Assembly (NCBI GenBank): GCA_032128375.1
Contig: JAQBGU010000065.1
Location: 1-52,461, forward strand
Reading direction: 5' to 3'
Length of the DNA: 52,461 nucleotides
Source of the DNA: Deltaproteobacteria bacterium
GTDB taxonomy: Bacteria; Myxococcota_A; UBA9160; SMWR01
A program made the translations under genes and the position numbers. Below the pieces are notes generated by a model. That model made no database searches, was not told the DNA's origin, and saw only the letters and a program-made list of their open reading frames with translations. Shown here piece by piece: positions 29,718 through 38,203 of the stretch (positions within the stretch are counted from its first letter, which is position 1; every line of letters starts with the position of its first letter).

Positions 29718-29757
29718 ACTATATTGACACAATCCGTCTATGTCAATATGATCATAT
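29718..29757. promoter_or_regulatory. Overlapping divergent sigma70 promoters with palindromic operator
   Basis: Plus strand TTGACA(29724)-N17-TATGAT(29747); minus strand TTGACA(29746)-N17-TATAGT(29723); palindrome ATATGATCATAT at 29746-29757. Confidence 0.85.
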
Positions 29758-29810
29758 AGTCACACATAGAGTCCCTCATACAGTCATACATAGACGAGAA
29801 AAATCTCCGC

Positions 29811-30935
29811 ATGTTTTTCCGACAGATGATCGACCCCGAAACATCCACATACACGTATCTGCTCGCAGACGAGGTCACGTGCGAAGCCGTGGTGATCGAT
29901 CCGGTACGTGAGCAAGTGTCGCGCGACGTCGAGTTGATTCAAGAACTCGGTTTCACGCTCGTCGGCGCCCTCGAAACGCATGTTCACGCCGATCACGTCA
30001 CCGGCAGTGGCACGCTGCGTGAGAAGCTCGGATGTCGCCTGTTCGTGGGCGAGCATGCCGGCGTTCTGACAGCCGATATCCAGCTCAGAGAGGGGGATCT
30101 CGTGTGTTTCGGCGGCCACACGCTGCAGGTCTTGGCGACACCGGGTCACACCAGCGGATGCATCACCTTTGTTTGTGACGAGCAGGACATAGCCTTCACA
30201 GGTGATGCGCTGTTGATCCGGGGATGCGGACGCACGGATTTCCAGCAGGGAGATGCGACAACGTTGTACGAATCCGTGCACCGCAAGATACTGACGCTTC
30301 CGGATTCCACCCGACTCTATCCGGGGCATGACTACCGTGGGCACACTGTCACCACAGTGCGCGAGGAGAAGCAGTTCAATCCTCGACTCGGTTGGTCGAA
30401 GACTGCCAGTGAGTTCACCCGAATCATGGGCGATTTGAGGCTCGCCTACCCGAAGCGAATCGACGAGGCGATTCCGGCCAACATGGCATCAGGTGTGACC
30501 GAGCCCGAGGACGCAACCCTCTCGACCCACGAGCGATCGAACTGGGCACCTGTCGAGCGTACAGCGAGCGGTGTGCCAGTGATGCGGCCTGATTGGATCG
30601 CGCGGCATGCTGGCGACCTGCGAATCATCGATGTTCGAGAGCACATCGAGTTCTGTGGTCCGCTTGGCCACATCGAGAGAGCCGAGCTGGTCCCCCTTTC
30701 GACGCTGGAAGAGGCTTGTTGCGGTTGGAACCGCGACGCTTCGATCATCGTCGTCTGCGCGTACGGAACGCGGTCGGGCAAGGCCGCCGTCATGCTCGAG
30801 GAACTCGGGTTTCTGAAGGTCGCCTCGCTTCACGGCGGTATGACCCAGTGGGCGCAAGAGGGTTGCCCACGCATCCACATCATGGGCGACCGTGCCAGCG
30901 AGGAGGCGACGCTCTACAGGGCGATGGGGATCTGA
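29811..30935 (+). CDS. Persulfide dioxygenase (ETHE1-like MBL fold)-rhodanese fusion
   Basis: ETHVHADHVTG, TPGHT, GCGRTDFQ, YPGHDY; C-terminal DVRE..CAYGTRS rhodanese. Confidence 0.92.
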   Translation: MFFRQMIDPETSTYTYLLADEVTCEAVVIDPVREQVSRDVELIQELGFTLVGALETHVHADHVTGSGTLREKLGCRLFVGEHAGVLTADIQLREGDLVCFGGHTLQVLATPGHTSGCITFVCDEQDIAFTGDALLIRGCGRTDFQQGDATTLYESVHRKILTLPDSTRLYPGHDYRGHTVTTVREEKQFNPRLGWSKTASEFTRIMGDLRLAYPKRIDEAIPANMASGVTEPEDATLSTHERSNWAPVERTASGVPVMRPDWIARHAGDLRIIDVREHIEFCGPLGHIERAELVPLSTLEEACCGWNRDASIIVVCAYGTRSGKAAVMLEELGFLKVASLHGGMTQWAQEGCPRIHIMGDRASEEATLYRAMGI

Positions 30936-30954
30936 CCCGAGAGGAATACGCGAC

Positions 30955-32223
30955 ATGACACCTGCATCGACCGTGAGCCCGTCCGGGAATCCGTACGAAA
31001 ACCCCGAACTCATGGCTTCATTCGGCAGCATGGAGGGTCTTCCCGAGTGGGTCGACCCGACGGAGTCTCCGGCCGAACGCGCGGGCCGTTCTCCCTGGCA
31101 GGCGGCGGGCCATCGTGGATTCGAGATCCTTGGGGGTGCACTGCCGGGGCTCGCGTTGGCGCTATCGCTCGCGGTAGTCGGCACGCTGATGGCTGATTGG
31201 CTCGGGACGCGGGTGCTCGGCTTCGACAAGACACCACTGAGTCCCATTCTCGTCGCCATCCTGCTCGGGCTCTTGATTCGAAACACGGTTGGACTCCCAT
31301 CAGTGTATGAGTCCGGTCTGCAGCTTGCCCTGAAGAGGATTCTGCGCGTCGGTGTGGCACTGCTCGGCATTCGCTTGAGCTTCGCCGCAGCCGGCGCCAT
31401 CGGCTTCGTTGCCGTTCCGATCGTCTTTGTCTGCATTGCGTCGGCCCTGATCTTCGTGACTTGGGTCAACCGCGCACTCGGACTTCCAAATCGACTCGGA
31501 ACTCTCATTGCAGTCGGAACAGCGATCTGTGGGAATACCGCAATCGTCGCGATGGCACCCGTCATCGGTGCCAAGGACGATGAGGTCAGCTACGCGGTCG
31601 GATGCGTGACCGTATTCGGGTTGCTGGCGCTGGTCAGCTATCCGTACCTGTCGGAGTGGCTCTTCGCCGGCGATGCCCAGCTCGCGGGATTATTTCTCGG
31701 TACCGCGATTCACGACACGGCACAGGTAGCAGGCGCAGGAATGGTCTACCTCCAGCAATTCGGAACGGACGAGGCGTTGAATACCGCGACCGTCACGAAA
31801 TTGATCCGCAACATGTTCATGCTCGGCGTCATTCCGCTGGTCGCCTACATGCATCACCGATCGCAGAGCAGCGGCGCCACAGGACCCTCGCTGCAACTTC
31901 GCCAGGCTTTTCCACTGTTCGTAATGGGTTTCGTCGCGATGACATTCCTTCGAACGATGGGTGACAGCGTCGCGGCCGGGTCCTCCGTCATTTCAGTCGA
32001 AGTCTGGGAGAGCGTCATTGCGACCACTGGCAAGGCCGCCAGTTGGTGCCTCATCATTGCGATGGCTTCCGTCGGGCTCGGTACCAGCTTCAGCAGGTTG
32101 AAGACGCTTGGATTCAAACCTCTCGTCGTCGGCTTGATCGCAGCAAGCCTGCTCGGGTTGGTGAGTTTCGCGATGATCCAGCTCGTTTCGCCGCTGCGCG
32201 CCTCACTCGTGAACCTGAATTAG
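30955..32223 (+). CDS. YeiH-family putative sulfate/sulfite exporter
   Basis: GTAICGNTAIVA, GTAIHDTAQV, TVTKLIRN motifs; about 10 TM. Confidence 0.9.
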   Translation: MTPASTVSPSGNPYENPELMASFGSMEGLPEWVDPTESPAERAGRSPWQAAGHRGFEILGGALPGLALALSLAVVGTLMADWLGTRVLGFDKTPLSPILVAILLGLLIRNTVGLPSVYESGLQLALKRILRVGVALLGIRLSFAAAGAIGFVAVPIVFVCIASALIFVTWVNRALGLPNRLGTLIAVGTAICGNTAIVAMAPVIGAKDDEVSYAVGCVTVFGLLALVSYPYLSEWLFAGDAQLAGLFLGTAIHDTAQVAGAGMVYLQQFGTDEALNTATVTKLIRNMFMLGVIPLVAYMHHRSQSSGATGPSLQLRQAFPLFVMGFVAMTFLRTMGDSVAAGSSVISVEVWESVIATTGKAASWCLIIAMASVGLGTSFSRLKTLGFKPLVVGLIAASLLGLVSFAMIQLVSPLRASLVNLN

Positions 32224-32554
32224 AATCAGCAGACGGCCAGCACGACGAAGTAATCGAGCCGATCTCGCCGGCATTCTCGGTCCACGCTTGATCGCGAGAC
32301 CGGCGAGGTGCGTTGCAGAACCATCGTCCTCGGACCTCGGCCCCTAGCCGCGCGATCTTTGGGGGTGGAGGGCCTCGCCACCGGCAACTCTGATCGCAAA
32401 GCCCTGCAAATAGTACATCGTTACGTAGGGGATCCCTGATTGCGCAATGCCACTTTTCTGTGGCCCGTCCCAGCTTACCGCCGTAGCTTTTCTCAATTTC
32501 AAGGACGCGGAGTCCGATACAACGGACGAGCCACCAAAATCCAGGAGGAGCCCG

Positions 32555-33319
32555 ATGTTCGACCACGCGTATGTAGAGAACCTTCCCGCCGATTACCTCA
32601 AGGCGGTTATCCGCGTTTGTAATGACTTCAATGCCTTGATGGCGAACTCCACGACAGATCTAGGCGATTTCGGTGACGAGTATGAACAGACTTTGGCGGC
32701 GTGGTCGCTCGTGTTGGAACTCTGCGACCGCGCAGACCTGAGGCCGCCCGTGGTGGACTTCACAGGTGCCAACGAAACGAACGCAGCCAACATCAGGGAA
32801 GCCATCTGTGTTCTGGGTTCAGACGTCAGCTTGGCTATGACCAACGAAACCCTAAGGAAGATGCGAGCAAAATTCTCTGCGCAGCTCCAAGGGATTCCGT
32901 TGTACGAAGTATCGGACGAGGATCTGTCACTTGTCCAACAGCGCCTGACAGACCTGCGGGGGTTGATCCAGGCTTCCGACGTGCTGAACGACGATCAACG
33001 AAAGCGCCTGCTTGCCAGACTCGAGGTGCTGAAAACCGGCCTTCACGAAAAGATGTCCAACCTGGACGGCATCTTCGGCTTTCTCTTCGATCTGTCTGCT
33101 CTGCAGAGCGAGATCGGAGCGGACGCCAAGCCCTTCCTGGACCGGGCGAAAGACATCGCCCACGTTGCCGAGGTGGCATACTCGATGACCCACGGCATGA
33201 GGCCGAGCGACTTGCCCCAGCTGCTGCCGGTCCGTTCCAGTCCCTCCCTAGAGGATGCTGTTGCCGATGCGCTGCTGGGGACCAAGACGGAGTTTTCACA
33301 GAGTCGCGGCGGCTTCTGA
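32555..33319 (+). CDS. Hypothetical all-helical protein
   Basis: Strong RBS AGGAGGAG; 254-aa ORF with protein-like composition. Confidence 0.7.
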   Translation: MFDHAYVENLPADYLKAVIRVCNDFNALMANSTTDLGDFGDEYEQTLAAWSLVLELCDRADLRPPVVDFTGANETNAANIREAICVLGSDVSLAMTNETLRKMRAKFSAQLQGIPLYEVSDEDLSLVQQRLTDLRGLIQASDVLNDDQRKRLLARLEVLKTGLHEKMSNLDGIFGFLFDLSALQSEIGADAKPFLDRAKDIAHVAEVAYSMTHGMRPSDLPQLLPVRSSPSLEDAVADALLGTKTEFSQSRGGF

Positions 33320-33429
33320 TAGAAGCGACGGTCCACATACACCCAGTAGAGTCCTATCAACGGTCACCAACAGCAAGACGTTGGGAACAGCGCTCCGCTG
33401 CTGTGTCTTCTTCGATGAGGCCCCTTGTG

Positions 33430-33638
33430 TCCGTCAGGGAGCCATCGTGGCCAACTTCGGTCATCTCAACAGTTTCGTATTCAACCTGGTGCCGACTCCG
33501 CGCGGAATCGAATCCATGGGCCTCGGCGAGACTCTCCCCTTGACTCGCGGGATCACGATCTTGGCACTGCTGATCGTGCAGTCCACGATTCTCTGGAGCG
33601 CCCGAAGCCGCCGTTTCAAGACTCAGGACTGCACGTGA
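33430..33638 (+). pseudogene. Fragment paralogous to the N-terminal TM (DUF3413-like) region of the sulfatase at 38204
   Basis: HLNSFVFNLVPTPRGIESMGLGETL versus HLNGFVFNLVTTPGGIESIGLGETL. Confidence 0.8.
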
Positions 33639-33695
33639 CGCCCGCCCGGTAACCGATCTTGCCGGGCGGGTCTTTGCGCGTATGCTCTCGCGCAG

Positions 33696-35150
33696 ATGAG
33701 CGTTGTCCGAATATTGACGGGCATGACACTGTTCTTGGTGTTGACGTCGGATAGGGCGGTCGCGCAATCCGACGCGGATCAGGCTCTCCGCGAGCGATTG
33801 ACCGAGCGCGAGGACCAGAACCGAATCGAGGATCCGTTTACCACGATACTGTTCGGAAACACACTGACACTCAGTGGCCAATACGAATTCAACATCGAGC
33901 CGATTCGCCGACTCGGCCTCGGAGATCCCGATGGTGACTTCGATCGGCTGCTGCTCGAACAGGAGATCGAGACCGAAGTTTTCTACACCTTCGGCGAACC
34001 GCTTTCGCTGTTCGTTCAGTTTCGTCTCGTGATGGAGGAGGACTTGTGGTCGCAAGTTCCCGACCAATTGTCGAACCAGTACGTCGAGCGAGGAGAGATG
34101 TGGATGGCTTCGGAGGACATCGCCGGATCGGGGATCGGTCTGGAAATCGGTCGACTCGATTTCGAAGACGACCGACGCTCGTGGTGGGACGCCGAACTCG
34201 ATGCGGTTCGCGCTTTGTTCGAAACCGATGCGGCCGAGATCGTCGTTGCGGTCGCGCGAGAGATCGCGCCCGATCGCACGGACCGCGATTTCATCGACCC
34301 GGAACAAGACCACGTGCTGCGCATCTTCGCAGAAGCTTCATGGGACTGGGCGGAGAATCATGCCGTCGAAGCGTTCGGCCTGCATCACATCGACGACTCG
34401 TCGACTCAACGGGTCGGCGATCGCGTCACGACCGAACGCGAGGACGAATCGGACGCGACGCTGACCTGGTTGGGGGCCCGCTCGAGCGGCGTGATCGAAG
34501 CGGATTCGATCGGCCTCTTCGGCTATTGGGTCGAAGCAGCCTGGGTCACCGGCCGTGAGAAGTGGCTGGAATTCGACGAGATCTCGAGCAACAAGAGCGA
34601 GGTCGTCGAGCGCCTGAATCGAGATGTTTCGGGTTGGGCGCTCGAATTCGGAGCGACCTGGATCGCTCCGCTCGATTTCGAACCGCGGGTCACGCTCGGT
34701 TACGCGCTCGGTTCTGGTGAGCGCCATCCGGATTCGGGCGACGATCGTTCATTTCGCCAAACACAGCTTCACGGCAACGAGCCGGGATTCGGCGGCGTAC
34801 AGAGTTTCAGCCGCTACGGAACGCTGCTCGATCCCGAACTGTCGAATCTCTACATCCTGACGGCTGGGCTCGGCGTTTCGCTTTTCGACGCGAGCTCGTT
34901 GGATTTCGTCTACCACTACTATCGCCAATTCGATCCCGCGACAGCTTTGCGCGACGCCCGTCTCGACCCTGAACTCACCGGTCGACACCGCGATCTCGGA
35001 CACGGAGTCGATATCATCCTGGCGCTCGAACAGTGGCGCCGCGTCGATCTACTGATCGTGGGTTCGTTCTTCCGGGCCGGCGACGCCTTCGGTCCCGATG
35101 ATGGCCGCTGGTCGTACGGCGCGTTCGGGACGCTTTCTATCGCCTACTAA
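33696..35150 (+). CDS. Outer membrane beta-barrel, alginate export (AlgE-like) family
   Basis: Signal peptide, amphipathic beta strands, WWDAELDAVR, FRQTQLHGN, YGTLLDPELSNL, terminal aromatic residue. Confidence 0.8.
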   Translation: MSVVRILTGMTLFLVLTSDRAVAQSDADQALRERLTEREDQNRIEDPFTTILFGNTLTLSGQYEFNIEPIRRLGLGDPDGDFDRLLLEQEIETEVFYTFGEPLSLFVQFRLVMEEDLWSQVPDQLSNQYVERGEMWMASEDIAGSGIGLEIGRLDFEDDRRSWWDAELDAVRALFETDAAEIVVAVAREIAPDRTDRDFIDPEQDHVLRIFAEASWDWAENHAVEAFGLHHIDDSSTQRVGDRVTTEREDESDATLTWLGARSSGVIEADSIGLFGYWVEAAWVTGREKWLEFDEISSNKSEVVERLNRDVSGWALEFGATWIAPLDFEPRVTLGYALGSGERHPDSGDDRSFRQTQLHGNEPGFGGVQSFSRYGTLLDPELSNLYILTAGLGVSLFDASSLDFVYHYYRQFDPATALRDARLDPELTGRHRDLGHGVDIILALEQWRRVDLLIVGSFFRAGDAFGPDDGRWSYGAFGTLSIAY

Positions 35151-35156
35151 CCTATT

Positions 35157-35197
35157 GCTGCGGTATGGCTGCGGCATGGCTGCGGTATGGCTGCGGC
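35157..35197. repeat. 11-bp tandem repeat x3.7 (gctgcggyatg)
   Basis: Fills the gap between two convergent stop codons. Confidence 0.9.
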
Positions 35198-35202
35198 CCG
35201 GC

Positions 35203-35742
35203 TCAACCCTGCTGGCTGACGGGCAACAAGAGGTCTTCGAGAAAGAACGCCGAAAGTGCGGCGCGGCCGCTGAGATTGGCCTTGCCGTAGATCGCGCGCG
35301 CTTGTTGTCGGACCGTCCGTTCGCTCGCGTCCCGAACGGCCGCGATCTCCTTGTGGCTGAGTCCCTTCAGCATGAGCATCGCAACCTCGCGTTCGGCCGG
35401 TGTCAGCTGCCAACGGTCGAACTGCGCGTCGATCGCAGCACCGAGTCCTTTCACGAGTTCGCGCATGTCCATGCGCCATTTTTCGCCTTCGGTGCGCGCG
35501 ACTTCGAGGTCTCGCACCAACGACAACTGCTCCTGGTGCTGACGCTGCATGCGACCGAGCAGGTGGATCACGCCGGCGGCAGTCATCACCATCAGCGTGG
35601 GCTCGAGCAGTTCGAACAAAATTTCCGACAACGTGAGGTCGGGCTCTTCGATGATCTCCAGCGTCATCAGTAGCGTGATTCCGCCAACCACCGCGGCGAT
35701 CGCCCAGCTTCGATTCCACTTTCCACTCGCTTCGTTGATCAA
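35203..35742 (-). CDS. Membrane-anchored LuxR-family HTH regulator (2 TM + coiled coil)
   Basis: LTPAEREVAMLMLKGLSHKEIA..SERTVRQQARAIYGK; two N-terminal TMs. Confidence 0.9.
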   Translation of the reverse strand: MINEASGKWNRSWAIAAVVGGITLLMTLEIIEEPDLTLSEILFELLEPTLMVMTAAGVIHLLGRMQRQHQEQLSLVRDLEVARTEGEKWRMDMRELVKGLGAAIDAQFDRWQLTPAEREVAMLMLKGLSHKEIAAVRDASERTVRQQARAIYGKANLSGRAALSAFFLEDLLLPVSQQG

Positions 35743-36106
35743 AACGGCTCGCCTCCGGATCGTTCGGGTTGGACCATGGACGGTTTAGGCTCACGGGGGA
35801 GCTGGCACCATCGAACATATGGCGTATGCCGCGATTCCGACAGTTACCCCCCAGGGGTCAAGCGTTCGCTGGCTGGCTCCAGATTCAAGAGTCCGACCGA
35901 CAGTTGAACGATGGAGCGAACGGCTCGACGGGTGGCGACGATAGCGGAGACCCTCCGCAATCTGGCATACGTCGAATAGTGCGCGACGATCACCCGAGGT
36001 CTGGCGATCAGTCGACCTTCGGTCGAGTACGGTTCGGGCACGCACGCCCATCGCGGGCAACGCCCCAAAGTTCAGGGAGCGTTGCCCGCCTTCGTCGGTC
36101 AACCCC

Positions 36107-37270
36107 TTATTCGGTGTCGCAAAACGCGATCGGGGACAATTCACACAGCTGCTCGAGCAGTTCGGGCAGATCCGCCCCATCGATACCGCAATCCGGGTCG
36201 TCAGCGAGGACGTCCAGTGAGTCACCCGTACAGAGCACTTCATCCCGCTCGCCCGTCGGTTCTCCGTCTTCGAGCCCAATACCGAGCACGAAACCCGTTC
36301 CCGCCAGGAAGTACTTGAACTCACCCGCCTCAGGTTCCGGCGGAATGAATTCTTCGGTCTTCACACAGGCTCCACCGCAGGGAAACTTGGGATTCTCGCC
36401 ACCTTCGCCGGGTCCCACGGAGGTCGGATTTCCGACTCCATTGAGATACTGGATCACGTCCTCGGCTTCACCGAGCAAGTACTCCTGCCGGTGTGCGTCA
36501 CCCCCCACGGGTGCCGCCTTGGCGAGGATCCCCGACTTCGCAAAATCGCGTCCGGCCACGAATGATCCGTCGAGATCGACGAGCGCACCATCCACGAAAT
36601 TGCGCGCGACCTCACCGCAATAGTGCGTGTCACCGTTGTTCGCTTGAGCATAGTAGTCGTCGGTAACCTCCACAGCGACGAGTTCGCCGTCATCCTCCTC
36701 GAGCACGACGTCCACGACGATCCGGCAATTCACGCCCAGAATCTCCCGAACTTCGTCTGTTACTGTCACGATGATGGTCTCTTTGAAACCTTCGCCCGCG
36801 CGCGCTACGTAAGTATGCCCAGGCTCCAGCGAAAAGTAGGGATTTGAAGCGTCGGGCACCGTCACGAAATTGTCGGCGTCGAGCAGTGCCTCGGGATCAT
36901 AGCGATCCTCATTCAGCAATTCGCAGACCTCTTTTCGCGCCTCTCGCTGCTCGGGGCAGCCAGCTCTAGCTTCTTGGCGCGACTCCTGCGCCAATTCGAA
37001 ACACGCCTCTTGCTCGTCGTCATCACCGAGATTGATGCACATCGCCGTTGTCGCGTTGTACTCCTCTTTGATCTCGGATCGGCACGATCGGAACATCTTG
37101 TCTGCGCTGCGCTCGCAGACAGTCGCTTCATCGGGATCGTCGTCGTCTTGTCTGCCATCGGCAATCGCCGAAAACCCCGCTGTCAGCAGCACAGCCAACA
37201 GCGAAGCGGCCCACGGGGTGGCCCATGACCTGTTCGTTCGTGAATTCTTGTACATTTTCGAGTTCTCCAT
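36107..37270 (-). CDS. Secreted acidic, Cys-rich hypothetical protein
   Basis: Signal peptide; helical Cys-spaced N-domain; NPYFSL.PG, EVTDDYYAQ..GDTHYCGE, RQEYLLGEAED; start may be slightly downstream. Confidence 0.8.
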   Translation of the reverse strand: MENSKMYKNSRTNRSWATPWAASLLAVLLTAGFSAIADGRQDDDDPDEATVCERSADKMFRSCRSEIKEEYNATTAMCINLGDDDEQEACFELAQESRQEARAGCPEQREARKEVCELLNEDRYDPEALLDADNFVTVPDASNPYFSLEPGHTYVARAGEGFKETIIVTVTDEVREILGVNCRIVVDVVLEEDDGELVAVEVTDDYYAQANNGDTHYCGEVARNFVDGALVDLDGSFVAGRDFAKSGILAKAAPVGGDAHRQEYLLGEAEDVIQYLNGVGNPTSVGPGEGGENPKFPCGGACVKTEEFIPPEPEAGEFKYFLAGTGFVLGIGLEDGEPTGERDEVLCTGDSLDVLADDPDCGIDGADLPELLEQLCELSPIAFCDTE

Positions 37271-37362
37271 GATTTGGTTGGCACCCAACCGGGCGCCGCG
37301 GCATTGCGACGTCCGAAACCCGGGCGCCCCCCGGATGTACGGCGGTCGCAATCGCCCAACCA

Positions 37363-37424
37363 TTCGCCATGCGGCGTACGGCGGCAGGTTTCGAGGGGCT
37401 ATGCGACGTACGCCAGATGACGCA
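37363..37424. promoter_or_regulatory. Two copies of the pseudo-palindrome TACGCC-N2-ATG-N-CG-N-A
   Basis: TTCGCCATGCGGCGTA 37363-37378; TACGCCAGATGACGCA 37409-37424; related copy at 35811-35826. Confidence 0.55.
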
Positions 37425-37494
37425 GAAGCTCCGCGAGCGGATTTTTCTGCGCGCTGCGAAGCTCGAGCTTGCGAACGGGCGGTTGCCCGCGGGG

Positions 37495-37875
37495 TGGGCC
37501 GATGCCTGCGAGATTCGCCTTCCCCGGGTGGAGGGCTACCGGGTCGAGCTCCCGGAAGAGCGCCTTACCGCAGTCTTCAGCGAGGACTCAACTCTCGAAC
37601 TGACGCCCAAGCGGGTCGGACCCTCCGAGACGAGAAACGAGGGGAAACGCATCACGCGCCAGGTGGCTTGACGAACACCTTGTGTGCAAAGGCGGAACCC
37701 ATCCAGCACAACTCATCCACCGGGAACTGGCCGATATGGCCTGCCGACTCGCTGGCAGACGGACCCGCAGCGTTGTCACATCAACTGGGCCATAACGGAT
37801 AGCGATGGGGAGGCCGAGTTCTGCCGCGTTGCCGATGTGCACTCGAAGGTTCGGGCCTATGTGAAGAACCATTTC
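37495..37875 (+). pseudogene. Internally deleted relic of a type III restriction (Res) subunit
   Basis: EIRLPRVEGYRVELPEERLTA..DSTLELTP..VGPS; WLDEHLVCKGG; CHINWAITDSDGEAEFCRVA...VRAYVKNH, in shifting frames. Confidence 0.7.
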
Positions 37876-38203
37876 GCTCACACGCGATCTTCGAGGAAAA
37901 TTCTACAGGAGGAGGTTGTGTGAATCTGCGAGCGTCCTGCTCGCCGATTGGAGTAAAGGACGATGCAGCGAGGGGGGACCGACCTAATGTCCCTGGATTG
38001 TTGACTGTTTCAAGAGCGCGACTGAGCCCAAGAGTTGGCGGAAGGCCAGGCCGCTTCCGCAGATGAAGATCTCGTCATCATTCGCATTAGGAGCGCACTG
38101 TATTGGGAGTCGCGTGTACCGTTGGAATCGTTCTGCCGCCAGTGTTGTGCATGTCGCAACGCCAATCAGGCTGTCATTTTCCCCGCCCCCCTGAGGTTGC
38201 GTT

